Assembly: GCA_964473525.1 (NCBI GenBank)
Contig: CAYYPK010000017.1
Coordinates: forward strand, 1,992 to 65,991
Direction: 5' to 3'
DNA length: 64,000 nucleotides
Source: an uncultured bacterium
GTDB taxonomy: Bacteria; Poribacteria; WGA-4E; GCA-2687025
Shown: positions 31,265 to 40,355 of the stretch, piece by piece
How the letters are laid out: the number at the start of each line of letters is the position of its first letter
How positions within the stretch are numbered: the first letter of the stretch is position 1
The notes under the pieces: model-generated
The model's database searches: none
What the model was told of the DNA's origin: nothing
Seen by the model: the letters and a program-made list of their open reading frames with translations, nothing else
Made by a program: the position numbers and the translations under genes

Positions 31265-31507
31265 GAACATCCCCGCCAGGGGCGAAAAGTCGAGCCCAAT
31301 TCCCGACGTGAGCGGCATCATCAGCTGGCGTATAGGCCCGAGGAACGGGTCGGTCACGGTGTGGAGGAACTGTTGCGCCCTGTGCATGCTCGGGTGATCG
31401 GCGCCGCCAAAGGTGACCCACGACAAGATGACGCTCGCGAGTATGAGGAAGCTGTACAGCCGGAGGCCGGCGCGGACGAGGCCGAAGATAGGTATAAGCG
31501 CTTCCAT
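31229..31507 (-). CDS. YggT family membrane protein
   Basis: The internal Met of track ORF 31229..31738 gives MEALIPIFGLVRAGLRLYSFLILASVILSWV...FLGPIRQLMMPLTSGIGLDFSPLAGMFLLNFI, YggT-like and 92 aa long. The upstream 77 aa of the track ORF are low-complexity, Arg/Pro-rich and judged spurious. Confidence 0.65.
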   Translation of the reverse strand: MEALIPIFGLVRAGLRLYSFLILASVILSWVTFGGADHPSMHRAQQFLHTVTDPFLGPIRQLMMPLTSGIGLDFSPLAGMFLLNFISSMLPG

Positions 31508-31611
31508 GGGCGGAGGGTACCCCCTCGTATGCGACGTGTCAAGGCGCACTGCGGCCGAACGCGCTCTACGACAGGCGTTGGCGGCTGTGCAGGCAATGTG
31601 GAGGCCGACGG

Positions 31612-32379
31612 ATGAAGGATGCTGTGCGGGTTCCAAGGAACTACTACGCGCGGGTGCATGAGGCGCGGTACCAGGCGATTCTGGGCGCCGACGCCGTCTT
31701 CCGCGAGGGAGACATGTCGGAGTACGTCCAGCCAGCATGGCGGGAGTTCGTGGTAGATGCGGGGCTCTCCGTCGCCGAGCGAGGGGCGGAGATCGGTAGC
31801 GGAACGGGCATCAACGCGCTGCATATGGCGTCCGACGGCTTCCCGATGGTCGGTCTCGACATCTCCCCGACAGCGGTGCGACGGGCGCGTCAGCTCGCGG
31901 GCGAACGCCGACTCGACGCCCGCTTCGTCGTTGGCGACATGTTCGACCCGCCGTTCGCTGACGGGGCGTTCGATTTCACCGCGAACATATGGACGCTGCA
32001 CGCCGTTGGTGAACAGGTCTTGCGGGATCGAAGTCTCGCGGAGATGTGGCGCATCCTTCGGCCGGGCGGTTGGCTGTTCCTGCACAACGAGCGCGGCGAG
32101 CAGGATGCGCGCGCAGACGATGTCGTTACCGTCGAGACGGACGCGTGGAACATCGGCGAGCGGACGCAGACGTTCACAAGGCGCGACGGTGGCGAGGTCG
32201 AGGTCAGCTTCCCGGGTCACATGCCCGAGGGGTTGACGGGCCGCCGGTCACTCCGCGAGCATGTCCAGGAAGTGGAACGCGCGGGCTTCGAGATCACACG
32301 CGCGAAGGAATTCACAGCGCAACCCCGCCCGGATGTGCCAGGGAATCCCATGATGGTCGTGTTCGCCCGCAAGTCCTAG
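31612..32379 (+). CDS. Class I SAM-dependent methyltransferase
   Basis: Motif I GSGTGINALHMA and the acidic motif-II region VGLDISPTAVRRA...VVGDMFDPPFADGAFDF. Confidence 0.8.
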   Translation: MKDAVRVPRNYYARVHEARYQAILGADAVFREGDMSEYVQPAWREFVVDAGLSVAERGAEIGSGTGINALHMASDGFPMVGLDISPTAVRRARQLAGERRLDARFVVGDMFDPPFADGAFDFTANIWTLHAVGEQVLRDRSLAEMWRILRPGGWLFLHNERGEQDARADDVVTVETDAWNIGERTQTFTRRDGGEVEVSFPGHMPEGLTGRRSLREHVQEVERAGFEITRAKEFTAQPRPDVPGNPMMVVFARKS

Positions 32380-32399
32380 CGCAAGAGAGAACTGGAACC

Positions 32400-33434
32400 A
32401 TGCAGAGAGTCGCGGTGACAGGGGCCACGGGGCGGCTCGGCGCCAACCTGGTGTCGGCGCTGCTGGGCGAGGGCTACGCCGTGCGCGGCCTCGTCATTCC
32501 CGACGACCCCAAGCGCGGCAAGCTGGACAGGCTGGACGTCGAGATCGTCGAGGGCGACATACGCGACGCCGACACATGCGCGCGCTTCATAGAAGGCGTG
32601 GACGGAGTTGTCCACACGGCGAACCTGGTCGGCATCCCTGGCGGGATGGGCCGCGACACGTTCTTCGACATCAACGTCAAAGGCACCCTCGCGCTGACGG
32701 AGGCGGCCGCTGATCGCGCCGACGCGCTGGCGCGCTTCGTGCACGTGAGTTCGGACGCCGTCTATCCGATGGGCAACCACGACTCGCGCCCTGACTACGC
32801 CCCGATAGACGAGGACCATCCTAAGCGACCCGCAGGCCTCTATGCACTCACGAAGGCGCTCAACGAGCAGACCGTTGAGTCCTACCACGCGTCCCACGGC
32901 CTACAGACGACGATGGTGCGTCCCGCCGGGATGTTCGCTGGCGCCGAGGTGCTGCCCCGGTGGACAGTCGGGTTCGTGCTCGGGTTGCTGCGGGGAGCGG
33001 CTGGGAATCCCAAATGCGGCATTCATCATCCCGACTTGCCTGCCACCATCGCCAAGATAGAGGCAGAGGCGTCGCCGGATGACTTCTGCGCCGTGACGGA
33101 CGGCGAGGGCCGACCGTGGCTCTACTCGCCCGCGGACGCGCGGGATGTCGCGCACGCCTGCGTATGCGCGCTGGAGCGCCCCGCGGCGGTCGGTGAAGCG
33201 TTCAACGCAGCAGTACCGCAGCCGTTCGCGTATGATGAGGTCGCGGCGTATCTGTCGGAGCGCACGGGGCGAGACGTCTACGAGTGCACCGTACCGACGC
33301 GGTGGGTTTACTGGTCGGACATACGCAAGGCGCGGGCGCTCATCGGCTACAAGCCTCAAGGCACGATGGAGCGCGTCTTCGACACCGCCCTCGCGGATGA
33401 GGCGGGCGAGGCTGTAGACGTTATTCCGGCGTAG
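32400..33434 (+). CDS. NAD-dependent epimerase/dehydratase family protein
   Basis: MQRVAVTGATGRLGANLVSALLGEGYAV is a Rossmann GxxGxxG motif, and YALTKALNEQ is a YxxxK catalytic motif. The start is chosen at ATG 32400, in frame inside the longer track ORF 32046..33434. Confidence 0.8.
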   Translation: MQRVAVTGATGRLGANLVSALLGEGYAVRGLVIPDDPKRGKLDRLDVEIVEGDIRDADTCARFIEGVDGVVHTANLVGIPGGMGRDTFFDINVKGTLALTEAAADRADALARFVHVSSDAVYPMGNHDSRPDYAPIDEDHPKRPAGLYALTKALNEQTVESYHASHGLQTTMVRPAGMFAGAEVLPRWTVGFVLGLLRGAAGNPKCGIHHPDLPATIAKIEAEASPDDFCAVTDGEGRPWLYSPADARDVAHACVCALERPAAVGEAFNAAVPQPFAYDEVAAYLSERTGRDVYECTVPTRWVYWSDIRKARALIGYKPQGTMERVFDTALADEAGEAVDVIPA

Positions 33435-33455
33435 GAAGTCAACGTAGGAGCAGGC

Positions 33456-35555
33456 ATGGCGCCCGACACGGAGAGCAGCGGCGTGGATTACCCGACCACG
33501 CGACGCGTCGATCAGGTGGACGACCTCCACGGTCAACAGGTTCCCGACCCGTACCGCTGGCTCGAGGACGACGTGCGAGAGTCGGACGAGGTCGCCGCAT
33601 GGGTCGCGGCTCAGAACGAGGTCACGGAAGCCTACCTGGACGCAGTCCCCACGCGGGATAGGATACGCCACCGCCTAACTGCCCTGTGGGACTACGGGAA
33701 GCACGGCGCCCCGTTTCGCGTCGGCGGACGGTACTACCACTACCACATCGACGGCCTACAGAATCAGAGCGTGCTCTACACGCAGGACAGCCTCGACGGC
33801 GATCCCCGCGTGCTGATCGACCCCAACGGGTGGTCGGAAGACGGGACGGTAGCGCTCGGGGGAGCGGCGTTCAGCGACGACGGTCGCTACGTGGCGTACG
33901 CCGTCTCCGAGGCGGGCTCCGACTGGACTACCTGGCGCGTCATGGACATCGACTCAGGCGACGTGCTGAGCGACGAGGTCAGGTGGGTCAAGTTCAGCGG
34001 CGCGACGTGGACGAAGGACGGCCGGGGGTTCTTCTACGGCCGCTTCGATGCACCGGACGAGGGAGACGAGTACCAGAGCCTGAACCTGAACCAGAAGCTC
34101 TGCTACCACCGTGTCGGCACGCCGCAAGCGCACGACCCGGTCGTGTATTCGCGACCCGACGAACCAGAGTGGGGATTCAGCCCGGTCGTCACGGACGATG
34201 GTCGCTATCTCATCATCACGATCTGGAAGGGCACCGACAGCAAATACCGCGTCGCCTACCGCGACCTCGAGGAACCCTACGCCGCCCCTGTCGACCTCAT
34301 CACGGACTTCGAGCACGAGTACAGCTTCGTCGGCTCGGACGGGCCCGTGTTCTACTTCGAGACGGACAGGGACGCGCCGCGACGCAAAGTCGTAGCCATC
34401 GACATCCGGCGCCCCGACGCCGCCGATCACCGCGAGATCATCCCGGAAAGCGACGACACGCTCACGGACGTCAGCATCGTACATAACCAGTTCGTCGCCA
34501 CGTACCTGAGGCACGCTCAGACACACGTCGCGATCTACGCCAAGGACGGGGCCCGTGTGCGCGATGTCGAGCTTCCGGGCGTCGGCACGGCGATGGGCTT
34601 CGGCGGGCGACCGAGCGACACGGAGACCTTCTACGCCTTCACCAGCTTCGCAGTGCCGACGTCGATCTACCGGTACGACATGCTGACGAACGCGACCGAG
34701 CTCTTACACGCCTCCGAAGCGGATGTCGACTCGGACGCGTACGAGACGCGACAGGTGTTCTACGAGAGCAAGGACGGGACACGCGTCCCCATGTTCGTCA
34801 CGCACAGCAAGGGCATCGAGCTGGACGGCGAGAACCCAACGCTGCTGTACGGCTACGGCGGATTCAACGCATCCATGACGCCCGCGTTCTCGGTCAGCCG
34901 CCTCGCGTGGATGGAGATGGGTGGAGTCTTCGCGATGGCGAACCTGCGTGGCGGCGGGGAGTACGGCGAGGAGTGGCACCAGGCGGGCGTGAAGCTCCAG
35001 AAGCAGAACGTCTTCGACGACTTCATCGCCGCCGCTGAGTGGCTTGTCGAAGAGGGCTACACGCGCCGTGACAAGCTAGCGATCCAGGGCGGCAGCAACG
35101 GCGGCCTACTCGTCGGCGCGGCGATGACGCAGCGACCGGAGCTGTTCGGCGCCTGCCTGCCCGCGGTAGGGGTAATGGACATGCTGCGCTTTCATCTGTT
35201 CACCGCGGGCCGTTTCTGGGTTGACGACTACGGCAGCCCAGACGACGCGGAGGAATTCGCGGTGCTACTCAGGTACTCACCCTACCATTGCTTGCGCGCG
35301 GGGATCGCGTATCCCCCAACGCTCGTGACGACGGCGGACACGGACGACCGCGTGGCGCCGGGCCACAGCTTCAAATTCGCCGCCGCGTTGCAGGCCGCGC
35401 AGACAGGCGCCGCGCCCACGCTCATCAGGATCGAGACGCGCGCCGGCCATGGCGCGGGCAAGCCAACCACCAAGCAGATAGAGGAGGTCGTCGACCTGTG
35501 GAGCTTCCTGACGAAGGAGCTGAACATGGAGCTCCCCGACGGGTACCCCGCGTGA
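33456..35555 (+). CDS. Prolyl oligopeptidase (S9A family serine peptidase)
   Basis: A 699-aa product with an N-terminal beta-propeller region and a C-terminal alpha/beta-hydrolase domain carrying the GGSNGGLLVGA nucleophile-elbow motif typical of POP. Confidence 0.9.
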   Translation: MAPDTESSGVDYPTTRRVDQVDDLHGQQVPDPYRWLEDDVRESDEVAAWVAAQNEVTEAYLDAVPTRDRIRHRLTALWDYGKHGAPFRVGGRYYHYHIDGLQNQSVLYTQDSLDGDPRVLIDPNGWSEDGTVALGGAAFSDDGRYVAYAVSEAGSDWTTWRVMDIDSGDVLSDEVRWVKFSGATWTKDGRGFFYGRFDAPDEGDEYQSLNLNQKLCYHRVGTPQAHDPVVYSRPDEPEWGFSPVVTDDGRYLIITIWKGTDSKYRVAYRDLEEPYAAPVDLITDFEHEYSFVGSDGPVFYFETDRDAPRRKVVAIDIRRPDAADHREIIPESDDTLTDVSIVHNQFVATYLRHAQTHVAIYAKDGARVRDVELPGVGTAMGFGGRPSDTETFYAFTSFAVPTSIYRYDMLTNATELLHASEADVDSDAYETRQVFYESKDGTRVPMFVTHSKGIELDGENPTLLYGYGGFNASMTPAFSVSRLAWMEMGGVFAMANLRGGGEYGEEWHQAGVKLQKQNVFDDFIAAAEWLVEEGYTRRDKLAIQGGSNGGLLVGAAMTQRPELFGACLPAVGVMDMLRFHLFTAGRFWVDDYGSPDDAEEFAVLLRYSPYHCLRAGIAYPPTLVTTADTDDRVAPGHSFKFAAALQAAQTGAAPTLIRIETRAGHGAGKPTTKQIEEVVDLWSFLTKELNMELPDGYPA

Positions 35556-35595
35556 TCTCTCGGCAGCGCTCCTACACGAGAGGGAGGCGCCGCTG

Positions 35596-36483
35596 ATGCC
35601 TGACGACCATCGGGCAGACCATCCCACGACGGACGACACCACCGTCGTCGCGGCGCCGTCGGAAGGCCCGGGGGAAGAGACCGACCTGCGCACTCGCATG
35701 CGCCAGTTCTACGGATCCTCCGAGACGTACAAGGGGCTGCTCGACGCGCACGACGAGGCGTACGCCGCCCCGTACGTCGGCCTCGTGCGCAAGTACGCAG
35801 AGGACCGTTCGCGCCTGCTGGAACTCGGCGGCGGCAACGGTATCGCCTCGCGAATGCTTGCTGATAGTGGGTTCCAGGTAGTGGGCACGGACCTGTCACC
35901 GCTGTTCCTGCGCGAGGTAGGCGGGTGGGCGCGCAAGGGTCTCGGCTACGCGGTCTGCGACGGGTTCGAACTGCCCTTCGCGGACGCCTCGTTCGAGGTC
36001 GTCTGCTCCAACGAGTACCTCGAGCACGTCCCAGACGCCCAAGCGGCGCTCGACGAGATGACGCGCGTCACCGCTCCTGGTGGGCGCGTCATGGTGATGG
36101 GACCCAATCTCTGCTCCCCCTTCCTGCCGTTCCGCGAGGGGTTGCAGGCGTTGCGCGGTCACCACGCCGGGCTCATCTGGACAGACGGCCCGCGCGACGC
36201 GTGGCGCAAGACACTCGCCAATGTCGCGCTCATCAACGACAAGAAGCGGCGCACGACACCGCAATTCCTCCACCGTACGCCGGACCTCGAGGACCGAGTC
36301 ATCGGGGGTGACGCGGACAGCGCGTATCTCGCGACGCCTGCCGACATGGAGAGCTACTTCGCGGCGCTCGGGTGGGACACCATCGCGCTGGCGTCCGGCG
36401 GGAGCCGCAAGGGACGCCTGATAGCGTCGCTGATGCCGCGCTTCGCGCCCTACCTTTCGGTGATCGCGCAGAAGCCGGGGTAG
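35596..36483 (+). CDS. Class I SAM-dependent methyltransferase
   Basis: LELGGGNGIASRMLADSGFQVVGTDLS (motif I) and FEVVCSNEYLEHVPDAQAALDEMTRVTAPGGRVMV (Methyltransf_11-like). Confidence 0.8.
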   Translation: MPDDHRADHPTTDDTTVVAAPSEGPGEETDLRTRMRQFYGSSETYKGLLDAHDEAYAAPYVGLVRKYAEDRSRLLELGGGNGIASRMLADSGFQVVGTDLSPLFLREVGGWARKGLGYAVCDGFELPFADASFEVVCSNEYLEHVPDAQAALDEMTRVTAPGGRVMVMGPNLCSPFLPFREGLQALRGHHAGLIWTDGPRDAWRKTLANVALINDKKRRTTPQFLHRTPDLEDRVIGGDADSAYLATPADMESYFAALGWDTIALASGGSRKGRLIASLMPRFAPYLSVIAQKPG

Positions 36484-36524
36484 AGCGGCGGCGCGAGTCA
36501 GCAATTGACTCCCCGAGCGGCAGA

Positions 36525-36554
36525 CGCGAAAAGGGTCTGTCCGAAGACAGACCC
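36525..36554 (-). terminator. Intrinsic terminator for minus-strand gene 36584..37306. Hairpin plus T-tract on the minus strand.
   Basis: A perfect 9-bp stem, gggtctgtc (36533-36541) and gacagaccc (36546-36554), with a cgaa loop. It is flanked by aaaa at 36529-36532, which reads as TTTT after the hairpin on the minus strand. Confidence 0.55.
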
Positions 36555-36583
36555 CTCTCACGAACTGTCGTTCGGCCGCGTCT

Positions 36584-37306
36584 CTAGCGGTTGGACTTGA
36601 GGTCGCCCCACAGAACGCTGGTCTTACCCTTGGCCTCAACATCGCTGATGATGCCGTAGAACTCGCCATCCTCGTCCGGGGCAATGCCCAGGTTGTCAGC
36701 GTCGAACGCAACGTTGACGTAAGCGGAACCACCGGACTCACCGCACTTGAACAGCATGACGTTGTCGCCAGCGTTCAGGTCGATGTCCGTCGGGGTCGTG
36801 ACGGTGCGGACGCCGCCGGTCCACTGGTCGTTGTCGTAGACCTGCTCGCCGTTGAGCCAGATCTGGAGGTAGTCGTCGTGCGCGGGCTGCATCGTGGTCG
36901 TCTGCGCGCCAGGCGAGCCAACTACGATGATGCCGTACCACTCAATGTCATCGGATCCAGCGTCAAGGCCCCAAGACGTGGCCATGTTGTCGCCATCGTT
37001 TGTATCGATGGTGACATACTGCCAGACGTGGTCGCCGCCGTAGTCGGCCAGGTCAACCACCATGCTCTGGGTCGCGCCAACGCCAGACAACGTCGAGACG
37101 CTCTCGTGCGTGTGCGCTCCGCCAGTGCCCTCACTGATGAAGTCAATCAGGCCGGCGGCGGCGAATCCACCGTTGTTCTCGATGATCTCGAGTCCCTGCC
37201 AACCCTCCACCCACATGTCCGGGCCACTGCCCTGCCTGGCAGCCATCGCGCCGGTCGTGACCAAACCCAGCGCCAAGGCGCCGGCTATGAGCCATGTGCT
37301 CTTCAT
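36584..37306 (-). CDS. Secreted beta-sandwich protein of unknown family (paralog A of three). Signal peptide and a C-terminal WGDLK tail.
   Basis: A 240-aa product with signal peptide MKSTWLIAGALALGLVTTGAMA. Conserved blocks shared with paralogs B and C include NNGGF, MQPAHDDY.QIWLNGEQVYDN..WTGGV.TVT.PT and FKCGESGG. The C-terminus is ...TSVLWGDLKSNR. Confidence 0.75.
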   Translation of the reverse strand: MKSTWLIAGALALGLVTTGAMAARQGSGPDMWVEGWQGLEIIENNGGFAAAGLIDFISEGTGGAHTHESVSTLSGVGATQSMVVDLADYGGDHVWQYVTIDTNDGDNMATSWGLDAGSDDIEWYGIIVVGSPGAQTTTMQPAHDDYLQIWLNGEQVYDNDQWTGGVRTVTTPTDIDLNAGDNVMLFKCGESGGSAYVNVAFDADNLGIAPDEDGEFYGIISDVEAKGKTSVLWGDLKSNR

Positions 37307-37444
37307 GCGTGCGTTTCTCCCGTTGAAAGTTTGAGCAACAGGACCGGATTAGCGGGATGCGCCCGGCCGTTACCCACGTAGGCCGCTGGCGTGAACCAGC
37401 AACGAGACACGTTACCACGTATCCGCAGGTATCCGCAGTGGCCG

Positions 37445-38197
37445 CTAGCGGCTCTTGAGAGCTCCCCACACGGTCGAGACCTTATCCTGCGCCTCTACCG
37501 CGAGCCCGGCGTACTTCCAGAACTCGTCGTCCATCGTCGGGACAATGTCGAGGTCGCTGTCGCCGTCCTCGAAGTGCAGGTTCACGTAGTCATCTCCGCC
37601 CGACTCGCCGCACTTGTAGAACAGGACGTTGTCTCCCTTCAGCAGGTCGACCTCGGTCGGCTGCGTCACGGTCTTGACGCCACCAGTCCAGTCCGGGTTG
37701 TCGTACACCTGCTCGCCGTTCAGCCATATCTGGGCGTAGTCGTCGTGGGCGGGATGCATCGTCGTCTGCCGAGCGCTGGGCGCCTTCAGGACGATGATGC
37801 CGTGCCACGTGAAGTCGGACTGGTCGACGAGGCCCCAACTGGACGACATGTTGCGACTGTCGTCCACGTTAATCGTCACGACCTCCCAGTCCCAGACGCC
37901 GTCCTCGCCCATTCCCTGACCAGAGTGGGCGTCGTCCAGCACGATCTCCGTCCTGTCGAGCAACCGAATGCCTTCGGTCGTGGACAGGAGTTCGTTCGTC
38001 AGGTCGCCACCGGTGGCGTCGGCGAAGTAGTCGACAGCTCCAGCTACATTGTGGCCGCCGTTGTTCATGACGTTTTCCATGGAGAACCACTTGGCGATCC
38101 ACTCGTCGCTGGCGGTCTTCTGGAAGTCGACGGCGCGGGCGGGCGAGACGGCGATGACGATCAGGAACGCGAGACCAAAGATAGCGCTTCGGCGCAT
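37445..38197 (-). CDS. Secreted beta-sandwich protein of unknown family (paralog B)
   Basis: A 250-aa product with signal peptide MRRSAIFGLAFLIVIAVSPARA. It shares the same conserved blocks and ends ...VSTVWGALKSR. Confidence 0.75.
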   Translation of the reverse strand: MRRSAIFGLAFLIVIAVSPARAVDFQKTASDEWIAKWFSMENVMNNGGHNVAGAVDYFADATGGDLTNELLSTTEGIRLLDRTEIVLDDAHSGQGMGEDGVWDWEVVTINVDDSRNMSSSWGLVDQSDFTWHGIIVLKAPSARQTTMHPAHDDYAQIWLNGEQVYDNPDWTGGVKTVTQPTEVDLLKGDNVLFYKCGESGGDDYVNLHFEDGDSDLDIVPTMDDEFWKYAGLAVEAQDKVSTVWGALKSR

Positions 38198-38317
38198 ACA
38201 AACTCCTCCTTATGAACCCGGCGCCGCGCGGCGCGGCGCATGCGATCTGGGCCTGCGTCGACGCGCGATGCGACGGCAAGCCTACCACAGGATACGACAT
38301 ATGGCTCGCAGATGTAA

Positions 38318-38361
38318 CACAACGCCGGGCTTGACCACGGTTGATCTCGCCCGGCGTTGTG
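38318..38361 (-). terminator. Long GC-rich hairpin between paralogs C and B. Candidate terminator or attenuator.
   Basis: A perfect 13-bp inverted repeat, cacaacgccgggc (38318-38330) and gcccggcgttgtg (38349-38361), encloses an 18-nt loop. No clear U-tract. Confidence 0.35.
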
Positions 38362-38392
38362 CGATGTCGTAGACGGTTCTGTCGGCGCGGGG

Positions 38393-39148
38393 CTAGCGAG
38401 TCTTGATGTCGCCCCAGGTCGTGGCGGCCTTGTCATGCGCTTCGACGGCCAAGCTGGTGTGCTTCCAGAACTCACCGTCCTCGGTGGGGACGATGTCCAT
38501 ATCGCTCTCGCTGTCCTCGAAGTGCAGGTTCACGTACGCGGAGCCACCGGACTCACCGCACTTGAAGAGCAGAACATTGTCACCCTTGACGAAGCTTACG
38601 TCCGTCGGAGTGGTGACGGTGCGAACGCCGCCGGTCCACTGACTGTTGTTGTAGACCTGCTCGCCGTTGAGCCATATCTGAGCGTGGTCGTCGTGCGCGG
38701 GGTGCATGGTGGCATCCCTGTTCTTCGACGACTTCATAATGATGATGCCGTACCACTCGATGTTGTCGGTCGCGGCCTGCAAGCCCCACGAGGTCGCCAT
38801 ATTGTCACCATCCTGCGTATTGATGGCTTTGACTTCCCAGTCCCACACGCCGTCTTCACCCATGCCGTTGCCGGCGTACTTCTTGTCAAGCTCTACCGAC
38901 GCCTTGCTCAGGGCGGCCAGCCCGCTGGTCGTTGACGCGGTTTCGTGGGTGACGTCCCCGCCAGTTCCGTCAGAGATGAAGTCGATCACGGCGGAGGCCG
39001 CGAAGCCACCGTTGTTCATGACGACTTCCATTGAGAGCCACTGCTCGATCCAGCCGTCGTCGCCCGTGTGCTGAAAGTTGACCGCGAAGGCCGAGGAGGC
39101 CGCGAAACCGGTAGCGAGGGCCGCACACAGAATCAGGTGCTTCCGCAT
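38393..39148 (-). CDS. Secreted beta-sandwich protein of unknown family (paralog C)
   Basis: A 251-aa product with signal peptide MRKHLILCAALATGFAASSAFA. It shares the same conserved blocks and ends ...ATTWGDIKTR. Confidence 0.75.
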   Translation of the reverse strand: MRKHLILCAALATGFAASSAFAVNFQHTGDDGWIEQWLSMEVVMNNGGFAASAVIDFISDGTGGDVTHETASTTSGLAALSKASVELDKKYAGNGMGEDGVWDWEVKAINTQDGDNMATSWGLQAATDNIEWYGIIIMKSSKNRDATMHPAHDDHAQIWLNGEQVYNNSQWTGGVRTVTTPTDVSFVKGDNVLLFKCGESGGSAYVNLHFEDSESDMDIVPTEDGEFWKHTSLAVEAHDKAATTWGDIKTR

Positions 39149-39292
39149 AGAGATCTCCTTACTTACGTCGGTCGACGAACGCTAACAAGAGGCGGTGCCG
39201 GCGCACGCTTCGGCCGTCACCCCCTTGATTACGATACCAATCTGGACGCGCCAGGTCAAGGCGCTACCTGTGGCAAGCCGCGTGCCATCTCG

Positions 39293-39321
39293 GTTGACAG
39301 CCCGTGAGCCGCCTCCTATAC
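39293..39321 (+). promoter_or_regulatory. Near-consensus sigma70 promoter upstream of the FAH-family gene
   Basis: TTGACA (39293-39298), an exact 17-nt spacer, then TATACT (39316-39321). It lies about 48 nt upstream of the ATG at 39369. Confidence 0.5.
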
Positions 39322-39368
39322 TCACGGTTCCACCAGCCAGTAAAGACACATGAGGCGAGTAGCAGAGC

Positions 39369-40355
39369 ATGGGCACGTTCGTTCGATTCCTGGGCGATGA
39401 CGGCGTTGCGACGTGGGGTGTGGTAGACCAGTCCGACGCCGAAGGACACGCGTCAGGCACGCTCCTAGACGATGTGCCGGCCGAGCACGACCCGGGGTAC
39501 TGGCCAGCGTTGCTAGCCGCCTTTGACGACCCGTCAGGGGGCGAGCCGTTCCATGCCGAGTCAGGCATGATCGTGTCGCCGGTGGGTAGGCCGCCGCAGA
39601 TCCTCGCCATCGGCCTCAACTACCAGGACCACCTGGACGAGATCAACGACGCCAACGCCGCGTCCGGCGCGCCCATCATCCCACAGCCGACCGAACCCAC
39701 TGTGTTCGTGAAGTTCCCGGCGTCCGTCGTCGGGCACGAGGACGCCATCGTCATCCCGCGGATGGCTCCCGCGCAGGTGGACTACGAAGCGGAATTCGCC
39801 GTCGTCATCGGTCGCGAAGCGCTCAACGTGGCGCCGAACAACGCCCTGGACTACGTGGCGTTCTACACGTGTGGTCACGATGTCAGCGCGCGCGATGCGC
39901 AGTTAGAAGCTCCCAACGGTCAGTGGGCGCGCGGCAAGTCATTCGACACCTTCTGTCCGCTTGGACCCTACGCGGCGACCGACCTCGACCCGTCCGGTCT
40001 CGACATTCGCCTCATCCTGAACGGCGAGGCGATGCAGACATCGAACACGCGCCATCTGATCTTCGACGTGCCGACCCTCATCTCCTACCTGTCTCATAAC
40101 ATGACGCTGCTGCCCGGAACGGTGATCATGACCGGCACGCCAGGCGGCGTCGGCCACTTCATGGACCCACCGGTCTACCTCGTTCCAGGCGATGTCACCG
40201 AGGTGCATATCGAGGGCATCGGGCGGCTGCGGAATGACGTGGTCGGAGACGAGACCTCGGGCTACACGCCAGCTACCGCGTTCGCGGGGCCGATGCCAGA
40301 GCCGCGTCCGACAGGTCAGGTTCAGGACGAGGACCAGGACGAAGACGAGGTCTGA
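39369..40355 (+). CDS. Fumarylacetoacetate hydrolase (FAH) family protein
   Basis: AIGLNYQDHLDE...FVKFPASVVGHEDAIVIP...DYEAEFAVVIGREA...GKSFDTFCPLGP...PGTVIMTGTPGGVG are conserved FAH-family blocks. An acidic low-complexity C-terminal tail overlaps the convergent MFS gene by about 34 nt. Confidence 0.85.
   Translation: MGTFVRFLGDDGVATWGVVDQSDAEGHASGTLLDDVPAEHDPGYWPALLAAFDDPSGGEPFHAESGMIVSPVGRPPQILAIGLNYQDHLDEINDANAASGAPIIPQPTEPTVFVKFPASVVGHEDAIVIPRMAPAQVDYEAEFAVVIGREALNVAPNNALDYVAFYTCGHDVSARDAQLEAPNGQWARGKSFDTFCPLGPYAATDLDPSGLDIRLILNGEAMQTSNTRHLIFDVPTLISYLSHNMTLLPGTVIMTGTPGGVGHFMDPPVYLVPGDVTEVHIEGIGRLRNDVVGDETSGYTPATAFAGPMPEPRPTGQVQDEDQDEDEV

Noticed and set aside
32046-32399. Longer N-terminal extension of the epimerase ORF (track start 32046)
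   Set aside because: The extension overlaps the upstream methyltransferase gene in another frame and is Arg/Ala-rich. The Rossmann motif begins right after the internal ATG at 32400.
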